A stretch of 64,000 bases of DNA from Podarcis filfolensis (lineage: Eukaryota): the NCBI GenBank assembly GCA_964270895.1, contig OZ185439.1, one strand, 5' to 3'. The notes below the pieces were generated by a model. The model was not told the origin of the DNA and did no database searches. It saw nothing but the letters and a program-made list of their open reading frames with translations. The position numbers and the translations under genes are program-made. The stretch's first letter is position 1. Each line of letters starts with the position of its first letter. Below are positions 1-13,434 of the stretch, in pieces.

Positions 1-452
1 TATTACTGACCCAGCAGTAGTATTCCAAGGTTTCAGGCTGTGGTCTTTCCCAACCCTACCTTGAGATGTTGGGGACTGAACCTAGAATCTTTTTGCATGC
101 AAAGTGTGTGCACGCTAGCACTCAGCCACAGCCCATGACGTAACCCCTACACTGCATTTCCCAGCAGCTTATCCTGAAACTCTTCACACATTGCCAAATG
201 AGAAACATGATACGAAAGGGGAAGGTTTTCAAAAGCTGAGCCTTTCACTCACTAATCTATGCATCCTTGGAGTCTCAAAGAAAACTTATCTTCAAAAAAA
301 CCTGCTTGGTGTCTTCTCTCGCAGCCCCTCAGCCGCGTGAAGAAGAGGAACATGGGCTACCCACATATTGCTCCCACATCCAAGAGAGGTTCCCACCTTA
401 CTTGGCCTCTCCCTGGATTAACTGGCTCCCCCTGTGCCCTCATCCTTCTTAC

Positions 453-559
453 CCAGGGCGGAAGTTCCGTTCCTGCCCACCTCCAAACAGCATGGGATGG
501 AGAGGAGTGGTGTCACCAGGGCCTCGCACATACAGCGCTCCAATACGTGGGGCATAGAA
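453..559 (-). CDS. SCLY: SCLY exon ([10 protein letters not shown]...QERNFRPG)
   Basis: 107 nt, tgcag|...|gtaaga. Confidence 0.95.
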
Positions 560-3500
560 CTGCAACGATAAATCACAAAGCTAATGCCTCCAGACAAGAA
601 CTAAGAGGTGTGTCCAACAGGAAACTGAGGTACTTTGACCACACAGAAGTAAGGCTGACAAGAGCAGAGAAGCAAACATTAAACCTTGGGGAAATCATGG
701 TTGCCCATGGGAGAGAAATATGGGTGAATCCTATGCTCACTGCTACCCCTCAGTGCTATTTCACACATAACAGAAGAGTTTCCTGTGTTTTCTCCCCCTG
801 TTCTGTGTCACTTGACAGGCATTTGTGTGCTTCAAAAAATACATGACAAACATGTTCCCAGATGCCACAGTTATTTAACTAATTACGCCTGGAGATTAAC
901 TTGAATCATTACTTGGCTACTGGCAAAATAAATAAAAAAATGAAAAGCTGTTTTTGAATACTGTAATGGAAAGTGATGTTGACACACTGGACATCTCCTG
1001 CTGTGTGTCATGCTCTCCTGCGCAATGTGAAAATGTGGACAAATTCACTCAACATTGTTCCCAGATTGCCATCTGGTGGAGAAGCAATTGAGTTGCATTG
1101 CATCCTAAGAAGTGAGTTATCGACTGTCCACTATGTTTTTAGGTGTTCCAAGAGTTCACGATGAAAATAAAAGACAATTTAAACAACACTTTCTGCATTC
1201 CTGTGCAACCATGCTAGATGCATGGGCTGCAGAGAAGAGGGCCAAGATACTGTTCAGGGCAGAGTTTACATTACAGTCACCATATGACAATCTGCATGGC
1301 AGCTGTAGCAAAATACAATTGTCAGCAGCAAGCTAATCAACAATGGTTCTCAATTTAAAAAAAACCTGAGAAACTGCTGCTCTAGCACATGGAATCTCCC
1401 AAAATTCACAAAAGGCCAAAGTGAGATGGCCTCATTGTTTATTCTTTGTGTGTACATATTATGCACTGTTTTTACAAACTTTCAAATGAAAAAAAAAGGT
1501 TTTGGAAACCAGGATGTAGATAGCATTAGACACATTTATTAAACAACATAAGAAAAACACCTTTCGCCCTAATAGAACCAGTCTGCAATCCTGCACAATG
1601 AGAACTGTGAGTGAGAGAACCAATCATGAACACCAAACGTTTTTACTGCCAGCTTCCTGTCATACAAAGCACCTCTGGATTATGGTCACTGTCTGGTTCT
1701 CAGAATGATGGCTGGTGTTCAGGGAGCCCTGGAATGTTCTTTCTTATTTCTCTCTCTAAATGTTTTATCAACAATAAAGGATGACTCTATGGGCTGACAG
1801 CAACTCTCTGCTCAATGGGTATTGGATTTACCATGTTGGGAGATGACCTAGATGAATGGACATCTCTTACCCTGCATGTAAAAACTACATTGTAGACTGA
1901 AGAGAGAAGCACCATACCTTGTGCCCCACAATAGTGAGGTAATCCACTCCCAGATCCTGCACGTCCACTTGACCTTTCCCAATCATCTGTGCTGCATCTG
2001 TGTGTACCAAGATCCGTGGCAGACCAGATGCCGTTCTCTTCCGATTGAGAGCTTGAATCCGTTGGCTGAGTTCGGAGACAGGCTGATAGAAGAAAGCACC
2101 ATCAAGAGGCATCATCTCACCAGGAACACAAGTGTTCTGGCTCTCTCTTTTGCTACTGCCCTACTGGCTGGCATATGATGCCTTCGTGGAATTACTTGCA
2201 TGGAAAGCTGATGGTTGCCTTTGAACTTTTATTGATGATATTATATTGCTTTATTGTTATGTAGTACAACTACCCTGCCTTGGTGATCTAGGTAGAAGAT
2301 AGCATTGGGTGTAACTCAGCATCCAAACAAAGGATACCACATATAAACTCCACAGAACACATAACCCTACACAGGGAGACCATGGTTCACGGCATAGGGC
2401 TATGTCTCTGTGTCTCCAGAGAGCAAAACCTGTAATTTCAAACTAGATTGGGTGAGCAATGAGGTGACAAAAATTGTAGAACTAAAGGTTTTACTATACA
2501 GTAGACCCGTGATTTATGTACATTTAACATGTGCACATTCAGCTTTAGGCACTTGGCAAAAACAAAAAATTAAAAGGGGGGCAGAAAGAGGAGTGGGCAT
2601 CTGGGGGGGGAAACTTCGGCAATCCCACCTGGCGTTGCATCCAGTGTGTTTTGACTATACATGATTTTGGCTTTATGCACTATCCCCAGAACTTAAACAC
2701 CTGTGTAAATTGTGGGGCTTAAAAAGGTAAAGGGACCCCAGACCATTAGGTCCAGTCGTGGCTGACTCTGGGGTTGCAGCGCTCATCTCGCTTTATTGGC
2801 CGAGGGAGCCAGCGTGCAGCTTCCGGGTCATGTGGCCAGCATGACTAAGCTGCTTCTGGCGAACCAGAGCAGCGCACGGAAACACCGTTGACCTTCCCAC
2901 CGGAGCGGTACCTATTTATCTACTTGCACTTTGACGTGCTTTCAAACTGCTAGGTTGGCAGGAGGAGTTGCGGGGCTTACTGTATACTGAGATTGAAAGT
3001 TGGTGGAGTGAAAGGAGAGTGGAAATATTTTGGGGGAGCATCAGCTCCCTCTCATTGGCCCTTGGGATCATCTGACCACATATATGAACCTCATATCCTT
3101 AAACATGTAATAAGAACTGAAGGCACAACTCACCATGATAACCCCAGTTTCATTATTGGCCAGCATAATGGAAACTAGACATGTAGTTGGACGGATTGCT
3201 GCAACAACTTCATCTACTTCCACCTGTCCTGTCACTTTGGACACGGGTACAAAAGTGGCTTCTGTAAATAAGGATGCAAAAAAAGATGTTGATCCCATAG
3301 CTCAGTGCGTTCATCAGCAGTTACTATGTATCTGGCAGCAGTGGAGAAAGTCACAGGGAATAGCAGACCTATTGCTAGGCAACAGGCAAGCGCTCCTTAG
3401 TCTTGAAAGATTAAGATATGGCTGTCATAAGGGAATTTGGGAGGAAGTGGCTATTGACTTAGAAGCAGCATTTAATGAAAGAGGCAGCTGAACAAAAATG

Positions 3501-6337
3501 GATTTTCCTGGAGCACAGCTGGATACTTGGAAGATAAGAGAGGAGGAAGCTGAGGGGAAATGCTGCATGCTGTTTAAGTCTCTTCAGTTTGCAAAAGCCC
3601 CCACAAAGAGCTCTGAGTCTCATACTGAGTTCTGCCATGATCCTGCCCAATTGGAGAAGCACCAGAGATTAAACCTAGCACCGTTTGAACACAAGCTATA
3701 TATTCCTCCCTCCCTACGCAGTGATAAGACCACTTATCAGCCAGATTAGGAATGCCATCTCTGACTCCATGTGTTGGTCACTTTTTGACAGGCGAGAAGG
3801 ATAGGATAGGATAGGAAAGGAAAGGATAGGATACCATAGGAAAGGATAGGAAAAGGAAAAGGAAATGATGCAAATAAATGAATTTGAATTAAAGGTTCAG
3901 AACTGCCCCCAATTCTGGACATTAGCACCACAGTGAAAGTACTGCTGAGCCAGCTTTAGACAGCTCACATTCGGAGTAAGCAATAAAGAGACAGTATACC
4001 CAAAACCCCCTTCATGGATCACTGCCTTGTCGTGGCGAGGGGCTTGAATAACTCCAAGAAGCTCTGAGCTATGCCATGCAGGGCCACCCAAGACAGACAG
4101 GTCATAGCCAAGAGTTTAGACTCAATGTGATCCACCTGGAGAAGGAACTGGCAATCCACTCCAGTATTTTGCCAAGAAAACACCATGGACATAAAAAAGG
4201 AGAAGCTTTGAGAAGAAAGTGAGAGTTTCCAAGGCATGCTCTGGTTCATGGGGTCACAGAGAGTCGAACACGACTAAGATGACTAAACAACAATACCATA
4301 AAAAGTAGTATTTGCTACTCAGAAACTAAAATTGCTAAAAAAAGACCTTTTGCCTAAGCAGAATCTGGCAAGTGCGTATAATTTATCAGCAATCTCTGAC
4401 TATCCGCTACAGTATACTCACCAGCCTCACGCTCTTTCACTAGGTGTTCCACAGGGAGACGGACTGAGTCATGCTCAATGCAAGATGTAATTAAATGTGG
4501 GCACATCCCCAGAGTCTTTTGTTTATCTTCTCTTGGTCCATCAGAACTTTGCTTGTTGCTTTCCTTAAAATGCTTCACTACAGTGTGGATCACTAAATTG
4601 TTTGCCTGAATGGAAAAAGGAGGGATACAAATCCCAATCTCATATGTTCATATGAATATCCAGATTTACCAGTGCAGTCCTCTGGAGTAGACAATGCTGA
4701 ATTTCTTACCCAAAAACTAGTTCAGTGCCAGACTTGTCTTTCAGTCTCAGAAGGATCAGAGGCAGAGGACTGATTTGTAGTCATTACCTCCATGTGAGTG
4801 AATCAAATTGCAATACATGCTCCTTCGCAGGTTTTAAATAAAAGATAGAGCCATTCAACAGAAGCGGGATAGACTTTCTTTTTATCTGATGGGTGTTTGC
4901 TGGGTCTTACTTGGCACTAATTAAGAATGGAGTCACCAATGCTATGAGAAGCAAATAAAGTCAGACTCCATTTAGGAAAAAAGACAGCTAGCATGTTATG
5001 GGTTGATCTCTTAAATGACTGCCAGGTCAAAACAGTGCTAGCAGCATCTCATATCTCACCTCTGTCCCACCAGAAGTGAAGATGATGTCCTGGGGTCGTC
5101 CCCCTACCATTCTAGCCAGACTTTCACGGGCTCCATCTATAATATTTTTAGCCCTTCGACCTGTGAAATCAAAGGCACATTTATCTTATTATCAAGGCAA
5201 GCTGGGAGGAAGTCTCCAAAGGGTGGCATTAGGGGAAGACTGCCGCCTTGAGTTCCAGGATGTAATAAAGTGACAAATAAACAAATTATTAAGTCCACCC
5301 AAATTCTGGAAGAGTTTAATTGTTTTGATACAGAATAATTATTTCTGGTAACAAGAAGTGCCAGATTTGGCTCTGTGTTCTTTGCATGAGCATTTATTTC
5401 AGCGAGTGCTAGACAGTGGATCACATGCAGTAATACATTCCTTTAAGGCCATTTCAATGCAGTAACTTGAATTTAAAAAGGCAAGATGAATATAAAAATG
5501 AGATGGATGCTTTCATATAATGTTTCCATCCAGGCTTGCTCTCACCTTCTGTGTAAGAGCTGCTCGGATTGCCCCATGCTTCATGCATGGCTTCTGTAAC
5601 TGTCTCAATCACCTCTGGAGCCAGAGGGGTGGTTGCATTGCAATCTAGGTATATCTTCCTGAAGGGAACAGAATGCAAGAATAGTTACAACAGAAAAGGG
5701 AATAAGATACATTCACACTAGCACTCTTTGGGCCAAAGTTGCATCGTTGGTTATGAAAAATGCTGCCCTAACCAAACCACTTCTGAAGTCGTCATTGCCA
5801 CAACCACAAAGATGATACTGGGGCTTTGAAATAAAACATCACTATCTCTCCCCAAGCTTTAAAATGTGGTGCCAGTTTTGATGACTACATCATATGGCAC
5901 ACTCACATGAATGTGACAGAGTGGGCCCAGGCCCATGAAAGCATATGCCACAATGCATTTGCTAATCTTTAAAGTGATTTTGCTGAAAATCACAGCATTC
6001 TAGCACTTAAGAAGTTGGCTACTATAATAATCTTTCAGTTCCTAGAGCTCAATCCTAAGATTTTTTTACTTGCTTGGAGTTTTGCAATCCAATCTACACA
6101 CATTTACTTGGAAGTAAGTTCCACTTAATTCAACAGGACTCATTCCCAAGGTATATTGTGGGTAAAATAGCAAAATGTCAGCACTTACCATTGTAAAAAA
6201 ATTGTCTCCATTTTTTTAAAATCAAGGGAAGCTACAAACCTGTTTGATGAGTTGTTCTCTTCCCCATCAAAGTCAATTTTCTCTCTGTTCTCATTTCCTT
6301 TGTTCACTAATACTTTCTTCATTTGGTTCTCTTCCAT
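453..6337 (-). CDS. SCLY: Selenocysteine lyase, 5' part (7 coding exons; gene continues off the left edge)
   Basis: Exons 6240-6337, 5546-5658, 5060-5160, 4422-4605, 3134-3261, 1918-2082 and 453-559 all have AG/GT boundaries and consistent phases. They encode NifS/PLP motifs [44 protein letters not shown] and [11 protein letters not shown], matching vertebrate SCLY. Confidence 0.96.
1918..2082 (-). CDS. SCLY: SCLY exon (PVSELS...HTDAAQ...IVGHK, PLP lysine)
   Basis: 165 nt, atcag|...|gtatgg. Confidence 0.95.
2722..2963 (-). mobile_element. Sauria SINE, 5'-truncated
   Basis: (ACCTTT)n-type tail reads aaaggtaaaggg on +; body matches the four other copies in the window. Confidence 0.85.
3134..3261 (-). 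CDS. SCLY: SCLY exon (ATFVPVSK...NNETGVIM)
   Basis: 128 nt, tacag|...|gtgagt. Confidence 0.95.
3799..3863. repeat. (GGATA/GGAAA)n pentanucleotide microsatellite
   Basis: Directly visible tandem pentamers. Confidence 0.9.
4011..4293 (+). mobile_element. RTE-BovB-derived internally deleted fragment
   Basis: catggatcactgccttgtcgtggcgagggg...agggccacccaagac resembles the BovB 5' region and is joined to catggggtcacagagagtcgaacacgact, resembling the BovB 3' tail (recalled similarity). Confidence 0.75.
4422..4605 (-). CDS. SCLY: SCLY exon (ANNLVIH...[18 protein letters not shown])
   Basis: 184 nt, ttcag|...|gtgagt. Confidence 0.95.
5060..5160 (-). CDS. SCLY: SCLY exon (RAKNII...FTSGGTE)
   Basis: 101 nt, cacag|...|gtgaga. 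Confidence 0.95.
5546..5658 (-). CDS. SCLY: SCLY exon ([11 protein letters not shown]...SSSYTEG)
   Basis: 113 nt, cttcag|...|gtgaga. Confidence 0.95.
6240..6337 (-). CDS. SCLY: SCLY first coding exon (MEENQMKK...NSSNR)
   Basis: Acceptor opens the exon at 6348, ATG at 6337, phase-2 donor joins in frame to RKIYLDCN. The N-terminus is divergent, so this exon is assigned by phase. Confidence 0.7.
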
Positions 6338-7464
6338 TCTCCACCAACCTATTTTAAGAAAAACACAACCCACTTTGTTCCATGAAACATTAGACTTCAA
6401 ATAGCACGCAAATAAATTATGACATGCCTTTGCCCATTAATCAAAAGGACACCACTACTCGTTCTGCTGCATCTTCAGGAATCAGAGGCACTGACTTGAG
6501 CCCCAGATTGGAGGGGCCCAGCATTGCACGCAAGCGCAACGTGACATCATGACATCACACGTGTGAGGCCAATGGGTATGCAATGAAGCCCAACACCACT
6601 GCCCCCTGCTTGCAACTGCAGACCAGAATGCCACCACCCGTGCACTGCCTTACCTCCACTGGCTCTCCACAGCCACTGCAGCAGCTATGCCAAGGTCTCT
6701 TCTGCAAGGCCTCCAGCGGAGGTTAGGCGGCAGGCGGCAGCGGTTTGAGGTGGTCCAGCTGCATTTGTAGGCAGGATGGTGGTGGTGGGAGGAGCCCAAG
6801 GACTAGATACACATCATTGGGAGGCTTCCTCCACTCCCTCAACATGGGGGGGGGGCTTGGCCTGCCTACAAATATTGAGGGGGTCCAATCCTATAGAGAT
6901 GGCACCTATGTCAAGAATATTGCATTACCATTCTGTAGAGGTACTTCCAAAGATGGACATAAGAAAGTTAGAAGAAATATTTCCCATCTCTCAGATTCCC
7001 TGTCTTCCTAGGACTGATATGCTATCCTCCCTGGTTTCCAGCTGGGAGGCAGTCAAAGGAAGAGTCACACACATTGTCAAAAGATTTGTATATGGGAGAT
7101 ATATTTTAGGACTGACAGTGGCTCTCCAGAATCCCCCCCCCCCAAATCCTACCTGGAAATGCCAGAGACTGAAAGTGAATCTGGACCTTTTGCATACAAA
7201 GCATGTGCTTTACACTACCAAGCTACAACTCTTCCTCAAAGGTGAATTGCCTAATGTCCCCAAGGAAGCTCATAGTAGAGGGGAAAATAGTATCATTGTT
7301 TATTAAATTTCTATACCGCCCTTCATCCAGAGGGTGGTTGACAATATAAAAACACAAAAATACATACCATACATACCATAATAGCAAACAAAAACAATAC
7401 TCCCCACAGTTTAAAAACCCATAGAAAGCCAAAAATTCTAATTTGTAGTTCAATCTGCAGTGAT

Positions 7465-7947
7465 TGAAGCCTTAGATTAGCAGTACCCGGAGGTCCAGCG
7501 GTCCGCCAACCCCGTGGCCAGAGGGGAAAAACAATTCCAGAGACTTCTTGGTCAGAGAAAAGAGATTTATTGAGATCTGCGCAGAGGCAGCCAGTGGAGT
7601 CCTCTCCAAAGACTGGCTACAACGATACAAGTAAACAAGCATTTTTATACCTGAGAGTCTGCCCATCTCTTCCCACCTCTTCAAATTCTCCAATCAGCTG
7701 GCAAGGTTAAGCTTATTTCCTTATATGGCATATGGCTAGCTAAGCCCCCCTCCTTCCCTTGTTTGTGTGTTCCTCTCTTGCGTTACTGCAGCAAAGAGCA
7801 TGTGCAGAGCGCAGCTCCTGGTTTGCAGAGCGCAAGTAATTGCAAAGAGGAAGTAGCTCACAGCTTGCAATTGCGGTTTTTGCTAGCTGCTTAACCACAA
7901 AAGCAGAAGTTAGCTTAGGTGCAGATAGTATTGAGATTAACCCTTCA
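7465..7947 (-). repeat. ERV 3' LTR
   Basis: Minus-strand TATAAAAA (7642-7649) and AATAAA (7566-7571); preceded by the PPT AAAAGAAGAGGAGGGAAT. Confidence 0.95.
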
Positions 7948-7989
7948 ATTCCCTCCTCTTCTTTTGGACAACCTATCTCCTAGGTTCGT

Positions 7990-8760
7990 CCTGGTCTCTT
8001 GGGTTTATAATCCTGGGGAAGAACAATAAGGGCCATGATATTTTTATTTTTTTTGCATCACACCTTGTAAGCATTGCACCAAGCAGGGTATACAGAGGCA
8101 AAGAAGCAAAAGGATTAATAGCGGCCTTGCTAATAATACCACAATATGCCTGAGCCAACTGCCATGAGGCAGCCAGAAATATAACCAACCCCATAGATCA
8201 CCTCCTGTAGTTTTCAGCGGGTTCCTGGCTATCATTGTTTCCATGTGATCAATGGTGGCTGAAATGCTGACATTATTATCTGGGACATATCTATTTTATC
8301 GCTGAAGGGCCCACTGATACTCGTGCTCCATCAGCTGCCTTGCTTCTTGGGAGGTTGTGTCCCACCTCTCTAAGGAGGAGCCTATTATCTTAACCAATTT
8401 TCCCACCTGTCCTTGTGGATGCTTAATACTCTCATGATTTCTCCCCAACACACTGTATCCGAAAGGGGCTTCTCCCTCTACATATATTAACATATACCCA
8501 CAGGAATATATCCACCCTTGCAGAGGCCTGACACACGGAGTGACCATATCAAAGAGTTCTGGCCCCAATATCAAAAGTCCTGGCGGTGCCTCAGAATTTG
8601 CTGGGAAAAAAAAGTCTCTACGTTGGGGACGCTGCCCGCGGGCATCCCTCCCATCCACTTGTCCAGCAGGGCGGTTGTCTGGCGCTCTTCTGGAGATGGT
8701 TAGCTTCAGAGGATCATCAGGATTTGGTGTAACTGTCCAATCTAAAATAGCCTTCTTCAC
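7990..8760 (-). pseudogene. env: ERV integrase C-terminus and env remnant
   Basis: Short ORFs ending in a hydrophobic TM-like stretch (HIVVLLARPLLILLLLCLCIPCLVQCL) just before the PPT. Confidence 0.6.
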
Positions 8761-8779
8761 TTAAGTGTGGTGGACCCAA

Positions 8780-11249
8780 GGGGTGAGGTCAGCAACTTTA
8801 ACAGCAGTGGGCCTGGGTCCACCTGTTAAGACAGAGAGAAAATCTCGGGAGAATTACTGCACATAATTATTAAACTGCACATTTTGACTAGCATGGGGGG
8901 GTTATTGCAAAACTGAGTGGACAAAGGCTGGTCCATTGTCAGATCCTATTGACCTAGGTAGTCCATAACGGGGAATGATCTTCTATAACAGGCAGCTGGT
9001 TACCTCGGACGCCCCCTCAGTTCTGGTAGGCCAGGCTTCAACCCATCCTGTATACGTGCAGACCACCACAAGCAGGTAGCGGTATAGTCCACAGTGGGGC
9101 AATTCAGTGAAATCCACAACAAGGTCTTCCATGGGTGCAGTTCCAATATGCTGGATCCCCGGGGGAGCCAAGGGTCCGGTTCTGGGATTATTCTTTTGAC
9201 ATAGCGGGCACTTCCTGGAAATCTGGGCTGCCAGTTGATAAAGGTGGGCTATGTAGAAGCACTGCTTCAGCTGTCTGGTTGCGGCATCTGGTCCCATGTG
9301 GGTGGACTCATGGTATCTCTGAGTAATCTGCCGAGAAAGGGACTCTGGGATCCATATTCTGTCATCATGAGTAAGGTACCATCCTTCTTTGGACATGGTC
9401 AGCCCCTGGGCATCTGCAGTGCCCCTCTCCTTTTGGTGTATATTGGCTTATCAGCGGTGTTCAAGATCCTTCCAGGGACCAGTGCTCCAATAACTGACGC
9501 TGGGGGCTGGTTCCCGGGCTGCTTCCTTGGCCACTCTGTCTGCTAGTCGGTTTCCTCTGGCCACTTCTCCTGGTCCAGTTTTGTGTCCATAACAGTGTGC
9601 CACTGCTACTGCCTCAGGTTCTCATACGGCATCCAGAAGGTTCAATAAGGCTTGTGGGTGGGCCACCTGGTTTCCTCTGGAGGTAAGCAAACCTCTTTCC
9701 TTCCATAAGGCTCCATGGGCATGTAAAGTCAGAAAGGCATACTTAGAATCAGTATAAATGTTTATCTTCTGTCCCTTTACTAGGGTCAGGGCTCTGGTGA
9801 ACGCTGTTATTTATGCCAGCCGGGCCGACGTTCCAGGCGGGAGTGGCTGCACTTCGATCACTTGGTCTTCCAAGGCTACCACTGCATAGCCTGCTTTTCG
9901 CTGTCCAGCCTTAACAAAGCTGCTTCCATCCACAAACCATGAAGGCCAGTGGGGGTTTGCTTCATCTTTAAGGTCAGGCCTGCTAAAATATTCTTCATCC
10001 ATTACTTCAATGCAATGTGCATCTGCTCCTCACCTTCTCCTACCGGGGACAGGGTAGCTGGGTTGAGGGCGGTGGTGACCTGAAACTTCAAACGCGGATG
10101 CAGCAGTAACATCTGGCACTTTCTCATCTTCGCTTGGGAGAGAAAATAGGTACCCTTCATGTCAAGCAGAGTTGGGACTGCATGCGGGGTCACACAAACA
10201 GTGTCTTGGCCAAAAGTAAATTTGTCTGCTTTGTTCAGTAGGGTGGCTACTGCCACAACTGCTCTCATGCACGGCGGTAAGCCTTGTTCTGTAGGCATCA
10301 GGCGCTCAGATAGGTATGCCACGGGCTGCTGCCAGCTTCCCAATTTTTGGCACAACACTCCCTCTGCTGTTCCCTGGTCCTCATCCACAAACAGGGAGAA
10401 CGGCTTCTCAGGATTTGGGATGCCAAGCGCTGGGGCTTGCTGTAGTGCCCTCTTCAAATCCAGAAGGCTTGCTGTTGTTCTGTGCCCCAAACAAAGGGGT
10501 CTCTCTCAGTTCCTCTGGTTGACTCATGTAGAGGCTTGGCAATGATGCTGTAATTAAATATCCATATCCTACAAAATCCTGCAGACCCCAGAAAGCCACG
10601 GAGTTCTTTGGTTCTGGTATCAGGATAATAGCCTGCTTCCTTTCTTCACTGGTAACAAAGGGGTGTTTCACTGTGATTGGCATTGCCTCAAGATCCTATG
10701 TTGGAGCAGTCGCTCTAGATGCACCCACACTCCTTCAGTCGCCCTTCGTGGGATGGGATACTTATTTACTGCAACAGGATTGACAAATGGCTTGGGCTTC
10801 ACAATTATTGGTGGGATATTCTTTGCCATTCCTGGGGGGTTACCTTCAGCCCATACCGCGGGGTTCACTTGTTCCAGAATACTGGCGGGGATGGGTCCCT
10901 CCTCTTCTTTTACCACCATCAAGCGCCAATGTTCCCTCAAGGGTACCTCTAGGGAAAACTCTCCTGCTGGCCCTGTGGTCATTGTTACTTCGCCTGTCGG
11001 TTGGAAGGAGATCTGGGCTTGCAACTTTGCCAACAAGTCTCTTCCTAATAATGGAATAGGGCATTCAGGGATATACAAAAGGTTGTGTTACACCACTTGG
11101 CCTCCCAACTTGCAGGTAACTGGCTGCAGAAACGATGCCCACTGGGATTTTCCGGTGGCTCCTATTATGGTAATGGATTCAGGGGTTGGTTTAGCAACGG
11201 GGGTGGGGACGACCGAGTTGGCCGCTCCCGTGTCCTTTCTGTCGGCAGA
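8780..11249 (-). pseudogene. pol: ERV pro-pol remnant (protease C-terminus, partial RT, RNase H, partial integrase)
   Basis: CPIPLLGRDLL, QQAPALGIP, WFVDGSS, H..TH..CPLC, VDFTELP and WVEAWPT motifs. No RT YxDD core was seen, and there are multiple stops and frameshifts. Confidence 0.9.
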
Positions 11250-12395
11250 TGGCGCACTGATTCTGTTCAAGACGGCTTCGCCCTCCTCCCCGGGCACTTC
11301 CTCTTTTCTGAGGGGTGGGTGTGGCTGCCTGTAATGCCATCAGCTTCTTTGTTTTATACTTCTGCTTTTTTCTCTGGGCTTCCTCATCTCTCTGATTGCA
11401 AGTGGTTTGAGCTATTTTCAACATCTATTCCAGCCCATGGCCGATGCACCTCTCATGCTTCTGGATTTTTTTCTTTTGGCGAATATCGGACGCTGCTGAG
11501 CTACAAAGGCAGCCTTTATAATGGGGCGTTGGCAATATCATCTGGGTTCTCCTCAAAGGTAGGGTTCTAATTTCTCCAATTGCACACATCAGCACTTGAA
11601 AAAGGCACATGTTGGACTGTATAAGTGCATGGTGGTGCTTCCCCACCCTGTCCTGGGGGGCTGGTGGGTCATACACTCTGCGTAGAGGCATCATTGCAGT
11701 CCCACCCTTTTTCTGTGCCTTATGGGACTTATGGAGGGACGCCCTGGTTGCTGCTTCTATTCATTTCTTTCGCATAGGGTTGTACATACTGTTGCAATCT
11801 CAATTGTCTGATACTGTGTCCACATTTTTCCTTTCTTTGCTAACTCAATTAGTCCCTTCATAAACTCCTCATCATCCTCTTCCTCTTCGCTCTCTAATTC
11901 ATCAACCTTGGAGGGTTCAGGCTGAGGGCCGGCTCCTCCCTGGTCCTGGGGCCCTGGGCCTGGGGGATTCGCTAGAGGGGCAGCTGGTGGAGCATAGGGT
12001 GGCGGCGGTTTAATGACTTCCCCCTCTTCTCCTTCTTCTCCTTCCGGCTCTGATATCGCCGGGGGCTTTTCTGACTTCCCTGCCGGTCGGACTGCACAAA
12101 TTGTATTTTGTGGGGCGTCGCCTCGGCAGGCTTTCAGCCACGGTGGATTATTTTCTACATTGATTTTCCAGGTAGAAATATAAGGGATCTGGTCTGGGTG
12201 GACGTTCAAGTTATTTTGATATAGTGGGTTGATTAGTTGCAAATTAAAACTGCCCTCCAAGGGCCAATTAGTTCCTTGGGTGGGCCAATCAACATCCTCT
12301 CTCTTCTCAATTTGAACCCAATCATCATGCTTCGTAGCTGCTTTCCAGTTGGTTAAAAAGCATTTCAGAGGACTACGTTAGCTTGCCCCAGACCC
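11250..12395 (-). pseudogene. gag: ERV gag remnant
   Basis: Matrix motif HPDQIPYISTW, PPPY late domain, deleted and frameshifted capsid, truncated nucleocapsid knuckle QCAICRQKGH. Confidence 0.85.
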
Positions 12396-12929
12396 CCTTT
12401 TTTTTTTTTTTTTCAGATACTCCGCTCCTAACCGGGCTTAAGATCCTTTCACACACCAACCACTACAGGCTGTGACTTAGCGAACTCGCGTTGCTAAGAA
12501 ATGCACAGCCCTGCAATCGCTCGGCCAAGGGGACGCTAAGCCCCGGCCCACACTTGACAATTCAACCACTGGAGTATCTGGCACACAACACACAAAACAC
12601 AAATCCCTTCCCCTTCCCCTGTTTGTCCTCCTTCCGGCGTCAGCCTGCTGACAGCCAGACCCTTTCCTGGCGGCACTTTACTGCTCACTGCCAGGCGAAG
12701 CTGATCGGGCTTCGTCCCTTGCCCTTCCCTTAGGGCTTACCTGCTCCGCTGCGGACTCCTTCGGCCGTCCTCTTTTCTCCCTCGACCGGGTGTCTCCACT
12801 CCGGAGCGGTGTGGCCGGCTCCCCCCACGAACAGGCAGGGGTGCGCACTTGGAGCCGCAAACGCCGGTCCGGGGCTGTTCACCCGGTCGAGTCTGGCCCC
12901 TCGGTCCACCTTTCGTGGGGTGGGGACCC

Positions 12930-12949
12930 ATCCCGGACACGAGCCCCCA
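12930..12949 (-). other. Primer-binding site, tRNA-Pro-like
   Basis: TGGGGGCTCGTGTCCGGGAT versus the MLV Pro PBS TGGGGGCTCGTCCGGGAT (2-nt insertion). Confidence 0.8.
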
Positions 12950-12951
12950 AA

Positions 12952-13434
12952 TGAAGCCTTAGATTAGCAGTACCCGGAGGTCCAGCGGTCCGCCAACCCC
13001 GTGGCCAGAGGGGAAAAACAATTCCAGAGACTTCTTGGTCAGAGAAAAGAGATTTATTGAGATCTGCGCAGAGGCAGCCAGTGGAGTCCTCTCCAAAGAC
13101 TGGCTACAACGATACAAGTAAACAAGCATTTTTATACCTGAGAGTCTGCCCATCTCTTCCCACCTCTTCAAATTCTCCAATCAGCTGGCAAGGTTAAGCT
13201 TATTTCCTTATATGGCATATGGCTAGCTAAGCCCCCCTCCTTCCCTTGTTTGTGTGTTCCTCTCTTGCGTTACTGCAGCAAAGAGCATGTGCAGAGCGCA
13301 GCTCCTGGTTTGCAGAGCGCAAGTAATTGCAAAGAGGAAGTAGCTCACAGCTTGCAATTGCGGTTTTTGCTAGCTGCTTAACCACAAAAGCAGAAGTTAG
13401 CTTAGGTGCAGATAGTATTGAGATTAACCCTTCA
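12952..13434 (-). repeat. ERV 5' LTR
   Basis: Identical by eye to 7465-7947; followed on the minus strand by the PBS. Confidence 0.95.

Larger units (their letters stand above)
7465..13434 (-). mobile_element. Endogenous retrovirus (class I, gammaretrovirus-like), internally deleted provirus
   Basis: Two 483-bp LTRs (TGAAG...CTTCA), TGAT TSD at 7461-7464 and 13435-13438, Pro-like PBS, PPT, and gag/pro/pol/env remnants in that order on the minus strand. Confidence 0.96.

Noticed and set aside
259-846. 195-aa + strand ORF
   Set aside because: Antisense to a SCLY exon and its introns, with no recognisable motif; probably a chance ORF
6776-7306. 176-aa + strand ORF beside the ERV
   Set aside because: GTG start, no recognisable homology or splice support, and it runs into an L2-like tail
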